Positions 7,519-16,802 of a stretch of 64,000 nucleotides of DNA are shown one piece after another (position 1 is the first letter of the stretch; each line of letters begins with the position of its first letter). The DNA is from an uncultured Roseivirgaceae bacterium (GTDB lineage Bacteria; Bacteroidota; Bacteroidia; Cytophagales; Cyclobacteriaceae). The position numbers and the translations under genes were made by a program. The notes beneath the pieces are model-generated. The model searched no databases, was not told the DNA's origin, and saw nothing but the letters and a program-made list of their open reading frames with translations. The DNA lies in NCBI GenBank assembly GCA_964538575.1, contig CAZIGG010000001.1:1074-65073 (forward strand), in the 5' to 3' direction.

Positions 7519-10411
7519 TGCTCTCTTCGGTAACGATTAGGTCGTTGGTCAGCTTAAGCTTTTTCTGTTGCAGTTGAAGAATCTTTTCTTCCACCGTATT
7601 GCGCGTGATGAACTTATACGTAAAGACTTTTCGCTTTTGACCGATCCGGTGTGCGCGGTCAACCGCCTGTGCTTCAACAGCCGGGTTCCACCACGGATCG
7701 AGGATAAACACGTAATCCGCTTCGGTTAAGTTCAGCCCCAGGCCTCCTGCTTTTATGGAAATTAAAAACGCTTTTGTTTTCGGATCCTTATTGAATTTCT
7801 CAACCTGCTCCTTCCGGTCGGTGCTTCCGCCATCAAGGTATGCATAGTTGATTTTATTGGCCTTTAAATAGTGCTGAACAAGATTCAGATGTTTCACAAA
7901 CTGGCTGAACACCAGAACTTTGTGGTCTTCCGCCATGGCATTCTCCAGCATGTGCGTAATGTCTTCCAGCTTGCCCGAGTCGCCTGAATACGAGGGCTCG
8001 ATCATTTTCGGGTGGTTCGCGAGCTGGCGCAGCTTCGTTAATCCTTCCAGGATCATGAAGCGGCTGTTGCCCATGCCCTCTTTATCAATCAGGTCAAGGA
8101 TTTTTCCGCGATAGTATGATTTCGTTTCTTCATACTTCTTCTCCTGCTCCGTTGTCATTTCGCAATACTGAATGTATTCAACCTTGGCGGGGAGTTCCGT
8201 TGCAACTTGTGACTTATGCCTTCTTAAAACGAACGGCTTAATAACCGCATTTAACTTTTTCGATTTTGTTTCATCTCCCTTCTTTTCAATGGGCACCTGG
8301 AACTCCTGACGGAAATAAGACTGCGTACCCAAAATACCGGGGTTGATGAAACTCATTTGCGACCATAAGTCCATCGTGGTGTTCTCCAGCGGTGTTCCCG
8401 TCAGCACAAGTTTATGCCTTGACTTCAACTCACGCACAGCTTTGGCAATGTTAGAGGACGGATTTTTGATCACCTGCGATTCGTCCAGGATGATGTAATT
8501 GAAATAAAATTTCTGAAACAACTCACAGTCCAGGCGGGTTATACCGTAAGATGTGAGTACAACGTCATATTTTTCGAAACGCTTTACATCCTTATTCCGC
8601 AAGGTGCCGGTGTAGTTCAGCACTTTTAAGTCAGGTGTAAACTTGCTGGCTTCCATCTCCCAGTTATAAATCAACGAGGTTGGCATAATCAAAAGGGAAG
8701 GCCCCGATTTTGCTTCCTTCTCGGCCAGCAGCATGGTTAACGTTTGCACGGTTTTACCGAGACCCATGTCATCGGCAAGGCAGCCGCCTAATTTGTATTC
8801 ATTCAGAAACCGGAGCCAGTTATATCCTGCACGCTGATACGGACGAAGCTCCCCTTTAAAACCTTCCGGCAACGGATAACTTTTTATTCCGCTGAACGAA
8901 TTCAGGGTGCGCAGCTTCTCGCTCAAATGAACTTTGGCCAGGTTGCCTTCTTCAAGTTCTTTTACAAGATTCAAATGATGTTTCTTCAGCACGGGCCGTT
9001 CCTTATCGCCATGTGTTTCGCTCAGCGCGAACAGATCGGCATAGCGCGTTAGCCAAGCTTCGGGAATGATCGCGATCTCACCATTCGGAAGCTTAAACTC
9101 AACTTTCTTTTTCAGGATAAGTTTGCGCAATTCCTTAAACGGAATTTCAAAGTCTCCGAATTTAATCCGGGCGTGAATATCAAACCAGTCGATATTCTCT
9201 TTTACCTCAACTTCAATAATCGCTTTGCCAACAAAATACTTCTTGTCGTTACTCTGCGGCTGGCTGACCTCAAAGCCCAGGTTTAATAAATTAACCCGGT
9301 TTTCATTCAACCACGAGAACGCTTCTGATTTAGGAACAGCCGCATTGAAATCTTTCATCGGCAGCCCGAGCTTTTGCAGCGTATGCAGAAAATTCTTTTC
9401 GGTATCTGATTTGCGCGTTACGCGATGGAATACATAGTCTTTATCGTGTCGCTCTACGGTTACACTAACCGGTACCCGGTTGCGGCCCTGGAAACGATGC
9501 TTTCCATATTTAAAGGAAAGATCAAAAACGATCTTCCCCGATTCATCACTTTTATCTTCAACCGGGTTGCTGTCAAACAAATCTGCTGCCTGCGAACTGC
9601 GTGCGGACACTAATTCTGAAAGGGTAAGAATGGGCTTTGGATCATACTCGTTTTTGTTGATCTCAAAACCTTTTGCCTCCACATCATCAAACGATGCAAT
9701 GAGTGGAGCAACAAACCTGTTGTAGTAAGTTTCTTCCAGGTTCTTCGGGATAACAACAAATTTCTTGCTTAAAAACGGCAGAAGTTTTTTTCCATCCACG
9801 TATTTCTCAAAACCATACAATTTTCCGTTCAGCACCATCCAGGCAGGGCTTTTACACACCAAGTAAGCACTGTCGTTAGGCAAGTCAAGCTTTTTTCCCT
9901 GATACGTAATGGTGGGATAGTAATTAGTCGCTTCATTACCGCGCATGAAATGAAACTGGATGCTGGCTTTGTCGGCCATCACCTCAATTTTTTTCCAGGT
10001 TGGTTCGCCATCGCTTCCCATCTCGAAAAGCATTTTGCCTTTCATAAGTTCAAGCGCTTCTGCCCGCTTAGCTTCGATGTGAATTTCAATCTGCTCCCGC
10101 AGCGCTTCGTTGCCTTTTGTTTTATTGTAAACTTTTGAAAAGAACTCGTCTGATTTCATGGGCTTACCCACGAATTTTTTGATCACCGACTCCTGCTCCA
10201 TCGTGTCGGTTAGCTTGATCAGTTCATAATCACGGTCATCCAGCCCCTTAGAGAATTCACGGGCATTTTTGGAGGAGATATTCTGGTGCTGGAATGTAAG
10301 TTTACCCTTCTCATCCAGGTGTACGATATACGATTCGATCAATAGACCCAGGTACTCATGCTGGAACAGCGAGTAGATAATTTGGAACGGCTGGGAGGCA
10401 GAGACCTTCAT
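7472..10411 (-). CDS. SNF2-family DEAD/DEAH-box ATPase/helicase
   Basis: 979-aa ORF. Motif I LADDMGLGKT, motif II DESQVIKN, LTGTPLEN, ISIKAGGLGLNLTEAD, DPWWNPAVEAQAVDRAHRIGQ. The ~500-aa N-terminal region has no motif I can name. Confidence 0.9.
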   Translation of the reverse strand: MKVSASQPFQIIYSLFQHEYLGLLIESYIVHLDEKGKLTFQHQNISSKNAREFSKGLDDRDYELIKLTDTMEQESVIKKFVGKPMKSDEFFSKVYNKTKGNEALREQIEIHIEAKRAEALELMKGKMLFEMGSDGEPTWKKIEVMADKASIQFHFMRGNEATNYYPTITYQGKKLDLPNDSAYLVCKSPAWMVLNGKLYGFEKYVDGKKLLPFLSKKFVVIPKNLEETYYNRFVAPLIASFDDVEAKGFEINKNEYDPKPILTLSELVSARSSQAADLFDSNPVEDKSDESGKIVFDLSFKYGKHRFQGRNRVPVSVTVERHDKDYVFHRVTRKSDTEKNFLHTLQKLGLPMKDFNAAVPKSEAFSWLNENRVNLLNLGFEVSQPQSNDKKYFVGKAIIEVEVKENIDWFDIHARIKFGDFEIPFKELRKLILKKKVEFKLPNGEIAIIPEAWLTRYADLFALSETHGDKERPVLKKHHLNLVKELEEGNLAKVHLSEKLRTLNSFSGIKSYPLPEGFKGELRPYQRAGYNWLRFLNEYKLGGCLADDMGLGKTVQTLTMLLAEKEAKSGPSLLIMPTSLIYNWEMEASKFTPDLKVLNYTGTLRNKDVKRFEKYDVVLTSYGITRLDCELFQKFYFNYIILDESQVIKNPSSNIAKAVRELKSRHKLVLTGTPLENTTMDLWSQMSFINPGILGTQSYFRQEFQVPIEKKGDETKSKKLNAVIKPFVLRRHKSQVATELPAKVEYIQYCEMTTEQEKKYEETKSYYRGKILDLIDKEGMGNSRFMILEGLTKLRQLANHPKMIEPSYSGDSGKLEDITHMLENAMAEDHKVLVFSQFVKHLNLVQHYLKANKINYAYLDGGSTDRKEQVEKFNKDPKTKAFLISIKAGGLGLNLTEADYVFILDPWWNPAVEAQAVDRAHRIGQKRKVFTYKFITRNTVEEKILQLQQKKLKLTNDLIVTEESIMKQLTREDISQMLA

Positions 10412-10511
10412 GAGTACGCACTTTTTCCGTCATTTTGTGAGAACGGAACTTCCAAGTTAATAATTTTATGGGACAAAAACCTTGAATTTTGCCCCTTTTC
10501 ATACGCGATCC

Positions 10512-11735
10512 TTACAGGTCGGTTGGGGAAAAGGTGCGGGTTGCAACCTGTGCGGGGCGATAGGATACCAGAAATGTGATGACTACCATCGCTAACGTGA
10601 TGTAGAAGAAGTCTGACAAAACCATTTTAACCGGGTAACCTTCGGTTACCGAATTCTGCATGCCCATGGATACAAGTCCAAAACGCGCCTGGAGAAAGCA
10701 AAGGAATGCTCCGCATACGAGACCAACCAGTGTTCCGCCCACGGCAATTAACGCACCTTCGGTTAAGAAAATTTTTCGGATATCCGCGCGATCTGTGCCC
10801 ATCGCAGTTAACAATGAAATGTCTTTTTTCTTATCGAGTACGAGCATCATCAGGCTAAAGAAGATATTAATGGATGCAATCCCCAACAGCAGCACGCCTC
10901 CGCCAAACGCAAACAACTTTTCAATTTTAAGCAACCGGTAAAGATCTTTATGCTGCTCTTCCAGGGTGAGCACGGTAAAGTTCCCGCCAAGCGCTTTCTT
11001 CAGGTTGCTCTGCACTGTTGACGCTTTTGCGCCTTCTGCCAGTTTTAGCTCGAGGGATGTTCGTTTGTTCCCGTACTTCATTACGTCCCGCGCAAAATCG
11101 AGCGGCACGATTATATAGTTCTCATCGAAGTTTTGAACAATGGAAAAAGCCGAACCTACAATTATATTTCGTTGCGAATAAATCGCTGACGGATCAACCA
11201 CTCCCGGCTTAATGTCGTTGATATAATAGATTTGCAGCGGATGAAGATCATCACCAACCTGTATCGAAAGTGAATACTGAACACCCCGGCCAACAATCGC
11301 ATAGGGAGTTTCACCGCTTTTCAGTTTGAGCGTACCCGCTACAATGTTATCATCGATCCGGTGCTGATCCAGAAAATTATCACTTACGCCTTTTAAGGTA
11401 ATCACCTGGTTCGCTTCGCGATAACGCGCGTAGGCATAATCTTCAATAACTTCCGTAACGATCTCAACGCCTTTTGCTTTTTTTATGTCAGCCAGCAGCG
11501 CATCATTCATTTCGAATGACTTTCCGAGGGTTGCTTCAATTTTGATTTGCGGATCAAATGATTGATTCAGGGAGCGAAGCAAATCCTCCAATCCATTAAA
11601 TACCGAAAGAACCATAATCAACGCTGCCGTGCAACTGGAAACAAGCACCAGCGTTAACCCGGAAATAATGTTGATGAAATTTCTCTTTCGTTTAGAGAAC
11701 AGGTATCGTTTTGCTATAAAGAACGGGAAGCTCAC
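10512..11735 (-). CDS. FtsX-like ABC transporter permease (LolC/LolE family)
   Basis: 407-aa ORF. N-terminal FIAKRYLFSKRKRNFI, one TM helix, a large periplasmic loop, then three C-terminal TM helices. Confidence 0.85.
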   Translation of the reverse strand: MSFPFFIAKRYLFSKRKRNFINIISGLTLVLVSSCTAALIMVLSVFNGLEDLLRSLNQSFDPQIKIEATLGKSFEMNDALLADIKKAKGVEIVTEVIEDYAYARYREANQVITLKGVSDNFLDQHRIDDNIVAGTLKLKSGETPYAIVGRGVQYSLSIQVGDDLHPLQIYYINDIKPGVVDPSAIYSQRNIIVGSAFSIVQNFDENYIIVPLDFARDVMKYGNKRTSLELKLAEGAKASTVQSNLKKALGGNFTVLTLEEQHKDLYRLLKIEKLFAFGGGVLLLGIASINIFFSLMMLVLDKKKDISLLTAMGTDRADIRKIFLTEGALIAVGGTLVGLVCGAFLCFLQARFGLVSMGMQNSVTEGYPVKMVLSDFFYITLAMVVITFLVSYRPAQVATRTFSPTDL

Positions 11736-11747
11736 TATCCGGTGCGT

Positions 11748-12128
11748 TTATTCTTCCTCGTCCTTTTTCGAAGCTGCCGGAATACTCAGGTTTTTGAGAA
11801 GCGAATCCATGCGTTGCGCATTTTCTTCTACTTCATCTATGTAAAAAATCAATTCCGGGATTATCCTGACCTGCTTCCGGATTTTGTCGCCCAGCGCCTT
11901 TCGGATTTCGCCTTTTCGACCGTTAATCTTTTCGAGTACAGCCTGCTTATCCTTAGCCAGCATCATGCTGATATAAATTTTGGCAACACCCAGATCAGGA
12001 CTGACCTTTACATCGGCAACGGTGATAAAGGTGTTATCCAGAATCCCGCGCTTATCGCGCTGAAAGATGTCGCTGATCTCCTTTTGAATCAGCCGGGCGA
12101 ATTTTAATTGTCGGGTAGAGCCTGCCAT
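11748..12128 (-). CDS. rbfA: 30S ribosome-binding factor RbfA
   Basis: 126-aa ORF. RQLKFARLIQKEISDIF and VSPDLGVAKIY are RbfA-typical. Confidence 0.85.
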   Translation of the reverse strand: MAGSTRQLKFARLIQKEISDIFQRDKRGILDNTFITVADVKVSPDLGVAKIYISMMLAKDKQAVLEKINGRKGEIRKALGDKIRKQVRIIPELIFYIDEVEENAQRMDSLLKNLSIPAASKKDEEE

Positions 12129-12190
12129 TAACTTTTAAAGTTAGAATTTAAAATATTAAAATTAACTTGATGCGCGCTTAAAGTTTCGAA

Positions 12191-13591
12191 GTGTTAGGGT
12201 ATTTCAGAATTAATGATCCGTATCGGTTAATCGGCCTCCTGGTCATCATGACACTGTTGTCGTTGCCGCTTTTCATTGATACGCCTGATGTAACCGTTAC
12301 GGAGCTTAAAAGCTTTGTTGTGGGTGAGCGTGTAAACGGAGGCCATGGCCTTTACCATGGAACAATTGACAGCACCCCGCCACTAACATCCTGGTTTTAC
12401 GGTTTAATGGATATGGTTTTTGGCCGGTCGTTAACGGCTCGTCATATTTTTGCTTTCCTTATTCTTTTCTTTCAAAGTGCTTTCCTGGGTGCCATTCTGA
12501 TTGACAAGAAAGTGTTTTCAGAGAATACATACATTCCTTCCTTGCTGTTTTCATTGCTCGCCTTTGTTTCGTTCGATTCATTGGCACTAACGGGCGATTT
12601 GCTCGCCTTTGGAATTCTGCTGCTTGCACTCAATAACCTGATTAAAGAAATAGAATTCCGGACACCGCGCGATGAAACTTCCTTTAACCTGGGGATTTTT
12701 ATCAGCCTCGCTTCGATGTTCAGCTTCTCGTACGCCATTTACCTTCCCGGTGCAATCATCATCCTGTTGATTTTTACCCGAAGCTCTGTCCGCAAGTACT
12801 TGTTGCTGGTTTTTGGATTTGTGCTCCCGCACCTGGTGTTGATTTGTATTTTTAACCTGAACGGTCATGCGCAGGAGCTATGGCAAAACTATTATGTACA
12901 TAATCTCAGCTTCCCATCGCACGACCTGATGTCAACGTCATCCCTGTTGCTGCTTTGTACAATGCCGTTCATTTACCTGTTTGTTTCCTTGTTTATCCTG
13001 AACCGCGATGCAAGGCTCACCAAGTACCAGTCACAAATTTTTCAAATAATGTTCCTGTGGTTTGTGGTGGCGTTCCTGCAATTTTTTATTGCGTCCGATT
13101 TCCGGCCGCAGAGTCTCATTACGGTTCTTCCGCCTGTCAGTTTTTTCCTAACGCACTTTCTGCTGCTTATCCGGAGAAAAAAGTTTGCCGAAATGAATAC
13201 GCTGATTTTGCTCACGGGTATTGTAACACTCGCTTATCTCACGCGATACAATCAAATCCCGCAAATCAGTTACGCTGACCTGATGGTAAAGGAAAGCACA
13301 ACGCCTGTTAAGGATAAAAAAATTCTCGTGCTAAGCGATCAACAATCGGCCTTTAAGCATAACACGCTGGGTTCAATTTTTTATGACTGGGATTTATCTT
13401 CCCCGGTTTTCAGAAATCCGGATTATTATGAAACCCTGTTGTTGGTTCACCGGGCGTTCGAAAAAGAAAAGCCTGAAGTAATTATCGATCCCGAAAATTT
13501 AATGGCCGGATTTTTTGTCAGGCTTCCGCAACTGAAAGCTCAGTACGTAAAAACACCGGAAGGGTATGGCTTAAAACCGATCAGCAACTGA
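12191..13591 (+). CDS. polytopic inner-membrane protein, function unknown
   Basis: 466-aa ORF with GTG start and about 10 or more hydrophobic helices. No catalytic motif recognised. Its stop codon lies inside the duplicated junction. Confidence 0.6.
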   Translation: MLGYFRINDPYRLIGLLVIMTLLSLPLFIDTPDVTVTELKSFVVGERVNGGHGLYHGTIDSTPPLTSWFYGLMDMVFGRSLTARHIFAFLILFFQSAFLGAILIDKKVFSENTYIPSLLFSLLAFVSFDSLALTGDLLAFGILLLALNNLIKEIEFRTPRDETSFNLGIFISLASMFSFSYAIYLPGAIIILLIFTRSSVRKYLLLVFGFVLPHLVLICIFNLNGHAQELWQNYYVHNLSFPSHDLMSTSSLLLLCTMPFIYLFVSLFILNRDARLTKYQSQIFQIMFLWFVVAFLQFFIASDFRPQSLITVLPPVSFFLTHFLLLIRRKKFAEMNTLILLTGIVTLAYLTRYNQIPQISYADLMVKESTTPVKDKKILVLSDQQSAFKHNTLGSIFYDWDLSSPVFRNPDYYETLLLVHRAFEKEKPEVIIDPENLMAGFFVRLPQLKAQYVKTPEGYGLKPISN

Positions 13592-13602
13592 TCTTGTTCA
13601 CC
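13531..13602. repeat. left copy of the duplicated gene junction
   Basis: Block 13541-13602 matches 13941-14001, with a perfect 34-nt core (13569-13602) equal to 13968-14001: GCTTAAAACCGATCAGCAACTGATCTTGTTCACC. This copy supplies the functional 3' end of the + strand gene. Confidence 0.9.
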
Positions 13603-13967
13603 TTCATGCTGGCCTTCCGCACAGGATAGAGGCATGTATGAGTCAATGTTGAACCGTTTCGCGGTTCATGAGCAGCAATATTTATAGCTTGTTATTTATG
13701 TTCAATCCCTTCGGGATTGCAGTCTCACTCAAACTGTAACCTGACTTCAGCAGAGGGTCAGCATTTAAAAAACAAATAGAACACGAAAGGCCATAACTAA
13801 CCCGAACCCCACAGGGGTTCAATATCAATAAAACAGTAAAGAGGTAAAACTAAAACAACCCTGAAGGGGTTGAATAAGAGATGTGAATATCTTAATAGGT
13901 CATTGAAATTCCACACTGCATAACTTCAAAACGGAAGCTTCAGTACGTAAATCCCCCGGAAGCTACA
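13603..13967. other. ORF-free AT-rich insert with four related hairpins (candidate ncRNA or non-autonomous element)
   Basis: No ORF of 60 aa or more on either strand. Hairpins: TGAACCG/CGGTTCA 13650-13668, CAATCCC/GGGATTG 13703-13719, GAACCCC/GGGGTTC 13804-13820, CAACCC/GGGTTG 13856-13872. An extra stem CTGAC/GTCAG lies at 13741-13761. Confidence 0.5.
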
Positions 13968-14001
13968 GCTTAAAACCGATCAGCAACTGATCTTGTTCAC
14001 C
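13932..14001. repeat. right copy of the duplicated gene junction
   Basis: Matches 13531-13602 at an offset of ~399-400 nt with a 1-nt indel. Mismatches cluster in the part that is non-coding here. This copy supplies the functional 3' end of rpiB. Confidence 0.9.
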
Positions 14002-14414
14002 CTGCGCTCATGCCGGCCGCCTTCGAAGCTTGAATGTAAAAAGCGGTCAAGAATTTTTTCTGCGAGCTCAGACGTTACGTACCGCGCAGGGATGCAAAGC
14101 ACATTGGCATTATTATGCTGACGGGCAAGTGCAGCAAGTTCTTCATTCCAGCAGATGGCTGCCCGGATGTGCTGATGCTTATTCGCGGTGATCGCGACAC
14201 CATTCGCGCTGCCGCATATCAAAAGACCTAATTCAAATTCCTTTTTTTCAACAGCCTCAGCAACCGGATGTGCAAAATCCGGGTAGTCGGCTGACTCGGT
14301 ATTGTAGGTGCCAAAGTCTTTTGTTTTGTACCCGTTCTTTTCAAGCCACTTCTTCAGGACTTCCTTGTATTCAAATCCCGCGTGGTCGGCTCCTATTGCT
14401 AATGTTGGCATCAT
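13980..14414 (-). CDS. rpiB: ribose-5-phosphate isomerase B
   Basis: 144-aa ORF. IGADHAGFEYK and LICGSANGVAITANK motifs. Its start overlaps the tatC stop by 4 nt. Confidence 0.9.
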   Translation of the reverse strand: MMPTLAIGADHAGFEYKEVLKKWLEKNGYKTKDFGTYNTESADYPDFAHPVAEAVEKKEFELGLLICGSANGVAITANKHQHIRAAICWNEELAALARQHNNANVLCIPARYVTSELAEKILDRFLHSSFEGGRHERRVNKISC

Positions 14415-15241
14415 GCTTGGTTTTCCTGTTCTTCTAATTTGCGCTTTTTGCGCAGAACAACTGCTGAAGTAAAGATACTGATCTCATAGAGAAAATACAG
14501 CGGCAAAGAAATGATTGCCAGGCTGAACGGGTCGGCCGAAGGTGTTACAACAGCGCCCAGGACAATGATCACCACAACCGCGTGCCTGCGGTATTGACGC
14601 ATCAAGTTTGGTGTTACCATTCCGATCTTGGTCAGGAAGTAAACCACAACGGGAAATTGAAATAACAATCCGCAGCCCAGGACAAGGCTGGCCACAGTTG
14701 AAACATACGATGTAATGTCAAATTCATTTACAATCATGCTGCTCACCTGGTAGGTCGACAAAAACCAGATCGTCATTGGGCTCAGGATAAAGTACCCAAA
14801 GGAAATACCCACCAGAAAAAGGCTTGAAATCGCGAAAACTGCACCTTTTGAGAATTTACGCTCTTTGGTTTCAAGGCCTGGCCGAACAAAGCTCCACAAT
14901 TCCCAAATAACATACGGAAACGCAACTACAAGCCCAACCATAAACGATGCGGTGATCGACATCATGAACTGGCCGGTCATGTTACGGCTTTGAACCTTAA
15001 ACGGTAAATCTTCAACAACGCAAAGAGCTTCTTTTGCCCCGGTCAGATCTCCGAGCATGCACATCCATTTAAAGAAGACAAAGTCTATTTGAGCCGGGGC
15101 AAATACGATGTAATCAAAAATCTCTTCAATGTAGGCAAAGGCCAAAATCATCAGCACTACAATCGCCAGCACAGCCCGGATTACATGCCACCGCAATTCC
15201 TCGAGATGATCGAGGAATGTCATTTCTTTTTCACTGCTCAT
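14411..15241 (-). CDS. tatC: twin-arginine translocase subunit TatC
   Basis: 276-aa ORF. N-terminal MTFLDHLEELRWHVIR and six TM segments. Confidence 0.9.
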   Translation of the reverse strand: MSSEKEMTFLDHLEELRWHVIRAVLAIVVLMILAFAYIEEIFDYIVFAPAQIDFVFFKWMCMLGDLTGAKEALCVVEDLPFKVQSRNMTGQFMMSITASFMVGLVVAFPYVIWELWSFVRPGLETKERKFSKGAVFAISSLFLVGISFGYFILSPMTIWFLSTYQVSSMIVNEFDITSYVSTVASLVLGCGLLFQFPVVVYFLTKIGMVTPNLMRQYRRHAVVVIIVLGAVVTPSADPFSLAIISLPLYFLYEISIFTSAVVLRKKRKLEEQENQA

Positions 15242-15257
15242 CGGCTCCGTTCAATAC

Positions 15258-16529
15258 TTACAAATACAATGGGAATTTTTTCATTAAGGCATTCACCTTT
15301 CTTTTAACTGCCTTTAGATTGCTGTCATCAGTTGGAGCTTTCAGGGCTTCATCAATCAGGTCAACAACTTTCAGTACATCCTTTTCCTTCAGGCCGCGCG
15401 TAGTAATGGCCGGTGAGCCGATGCGCATGCCCGAAGTAACAAACGGTGACTGCGTATCAAAGGGAACCATGTTTTTATTGATGGTGATGTCCGCTTTGAT
15501 CAATGATTCTTCGGCAATTTTTCCGGTAAGGTTTTTAGAGCGCAGATCAATGAGCATTAAGTGATTGTCGGTTCCTCCTGAAATAATCTTATAGCCTTTC
15601 GCAGTAAATGCATCCGACATAGCTTTTGCATTCTTGGCAACTTGTACGATATAGTCGAGGTACTCGTCAGACAGTGCTTCCTGGAAGGCAACCGCTTTAG
15701 CAGCGATTACATGCTCAAGCGGACCGCCTTGTGTTCCGGGGAATACACCAGAATCCAACAATGAGCTTATCTTCCGGATCTCACCCTTTGGAGTTTTCAG
15801 TCCCCACGGGTTATCGAAATTTTTTCCGACCATGATCAAACCGCCACGCGGCCCGCGCAATGTTTTATGTGTTGTTGTAGTTACGATGTGGCAGTGCTCC
15901 ATCGGATCGTTCAACAACCCGCGCGCGATCAATCCCGCAGGATGTGAAATATCTGCCATTAATAAGGCACCTACAGCATCGGCTGCTTCTCTTAATTTTT
16001 TGTAATCCCAATCACGGCTGTAAGCAGATGCCCCGCAAATGATCAGCTTTGGTTTTTCGCGCTTTGCTGTTTCAATTACTTTATCAAAGTCAATTGTTCC
16101 GGTTTTTTCCTCAACCCCGTAGAATGTTGGCTGGTAAAGCTTACCCGAAAAGTTTACCGGAGATCCATGCGTTAAATGGCCGCCATGCGAAAGATCGAAA
16201 CCTAATATCTTATCCCCAGGCTTTAACACAGCCAGCATAACCGCAGCATTCGCCTGGGCACCGGAGTGCGGCTGAACGTTAGCCCATTCGGCCCCGAAAA
16301 GTTCTTTTGCCCGGTCAATGGCTAATTGTTCAATTTCATCCACCACTTCACAGCCGCCATAATAACGCTTGCCGGGAAGACCTTCCGCATATTTATTGGT
16401 GAGCACTGTACCCTGGGCTTTCATAACCTGTAGCGAAGTGAAGTTCTCGGAGGCGATCAGCTCGATGCCGTGTTCCTGGCGCTGCTTTTCCTTTTCGATG
16501 AGGTCAAAAATGACTTTATCTCTTTTCAT
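15258..16529 (-). CDS. glyA: serine hydroxymethyltransferase
   Basis: 423-aa [28 protein letters not shown], and [14 protein letters not shown] with the PLP lysine. Confidence 0.97.
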   Translation of the reverse strand: MKRDKVIFDLIEKEKQRQEHGIELIASENFTSLQVMKAQGTVLTNKYAEGLPGKRYYGGCEVVDEIEQLAIDRAKELFGAEWANVQPHSGAQANAAVMLAVLKPGDKILGFDLSHGGHLTHGSPVNFSGKLYQPTFYGVEEKTGTIDFDKVIETAKREKPKLIICGASAYSRDWDYKKLREAADAVGALLMADISHPAGLIARGLLNDPMEHCHIVTTTTHKTLRGPRGGLIMVGKNFDNPWGLKTPKGEIRKISSLLDSGVFPGTQGGPLEHVIAAKAVAFQEALSDEYLDYIVQVAKNAKAMSDAFTAKGYKIISGGTDNHLMLIDLRSKNLTGKIAEESLIKADITINKNMVPFDTQSPFVTSGMRIGSPAITTRGLKEKDVLKVVDLIDEALKAPTDDSNLKAVKRKVNALMKKFPLYL

Positions 16530-16555
16530 GGAGTGGTGAGATTATAAATGAAGGC

Positions 16556-16563
16556 CAAAAATA
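16556..16563 (-). promoter_or_regulatory. Bacteroidota -7 box TATTTTTG for glyA
   Basis: Exact TAnnTTTG on the minus strand, 26 nt upstream of the glyA ATG. Confidence 0.45.
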
Positions 16564-16565
16564 AT

Positions 16566-16614
16566 CAGGATTTGATCAGGATTTACAGGATTTGAAGATT
16601 TACCGGATTTTTTA
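16566..16614. repeat. short tandem CAGGATTT / GGATTT repeats upstream of the glyA promoter
   Basis: CAGGATTT at 16566, 16577 and 16586. AGATTT at 16596. GGATTT at 16605 followed by a T-run. Spacing is 8-11 nt. Confidence 0.7.
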
Positions 16615-16802
16615 GCGGTTGCCTTTAAGCTTGTCTTTCATTCCGCAATGACAAAACCAACCCGCAGGTGAAAAATGTAGCCTTTGGTAGGTACTGTTGT
16701 AGATTAAATTCTCACAGATCAGCCCCCGCTGTTTCCTCCGCTATTAGTTTAGAGTTACTGATCCAGCCCTTCCGTTTAAAAATTGAACGCCTCGAACCCT
16801 GG

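Noticed and set aside
7472-10411. Stand-alone 979-aa SNF2 ATPase considered as a defence-system component (DISARM/BREX/Zorya-like contexts use SNF2 helicases).
   Set aside because: There is no adjacent methyltransferase, nuclease, phospholipase D-like or other defence partner. The flanking genes are housekeeping (acyltransferase, LolE-like permease, rbfA). This architecture is common as a chromosomal RapA/HepA-like gene in Bacteroidota. A defence role is not excluded, but nothing here supports it.
12129-12143. 15-bp palindrome TAACTTT-T-AAAGTTA directly upstream of the rbfA start.
   Set aside because: It is almost pure A/T in an AT-rich 62-bp divergent intergenic region, so the chance expectation is high. 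There is no supporting context.
13700-13825. GTTCAAT / GGGGTTCAAT strings in the insert resemble tRNA T-arm sequences (GGTTCRAAT), raising the possibility of a tRNA or tRNA-derived element.
   Set aside because: The flanking bases do not form a T-stem around a 7-nt loop, and no acceptor or anticodon arms can be drawn. tRNAscan-SE would settle it, but by eye this is not a tRNA.
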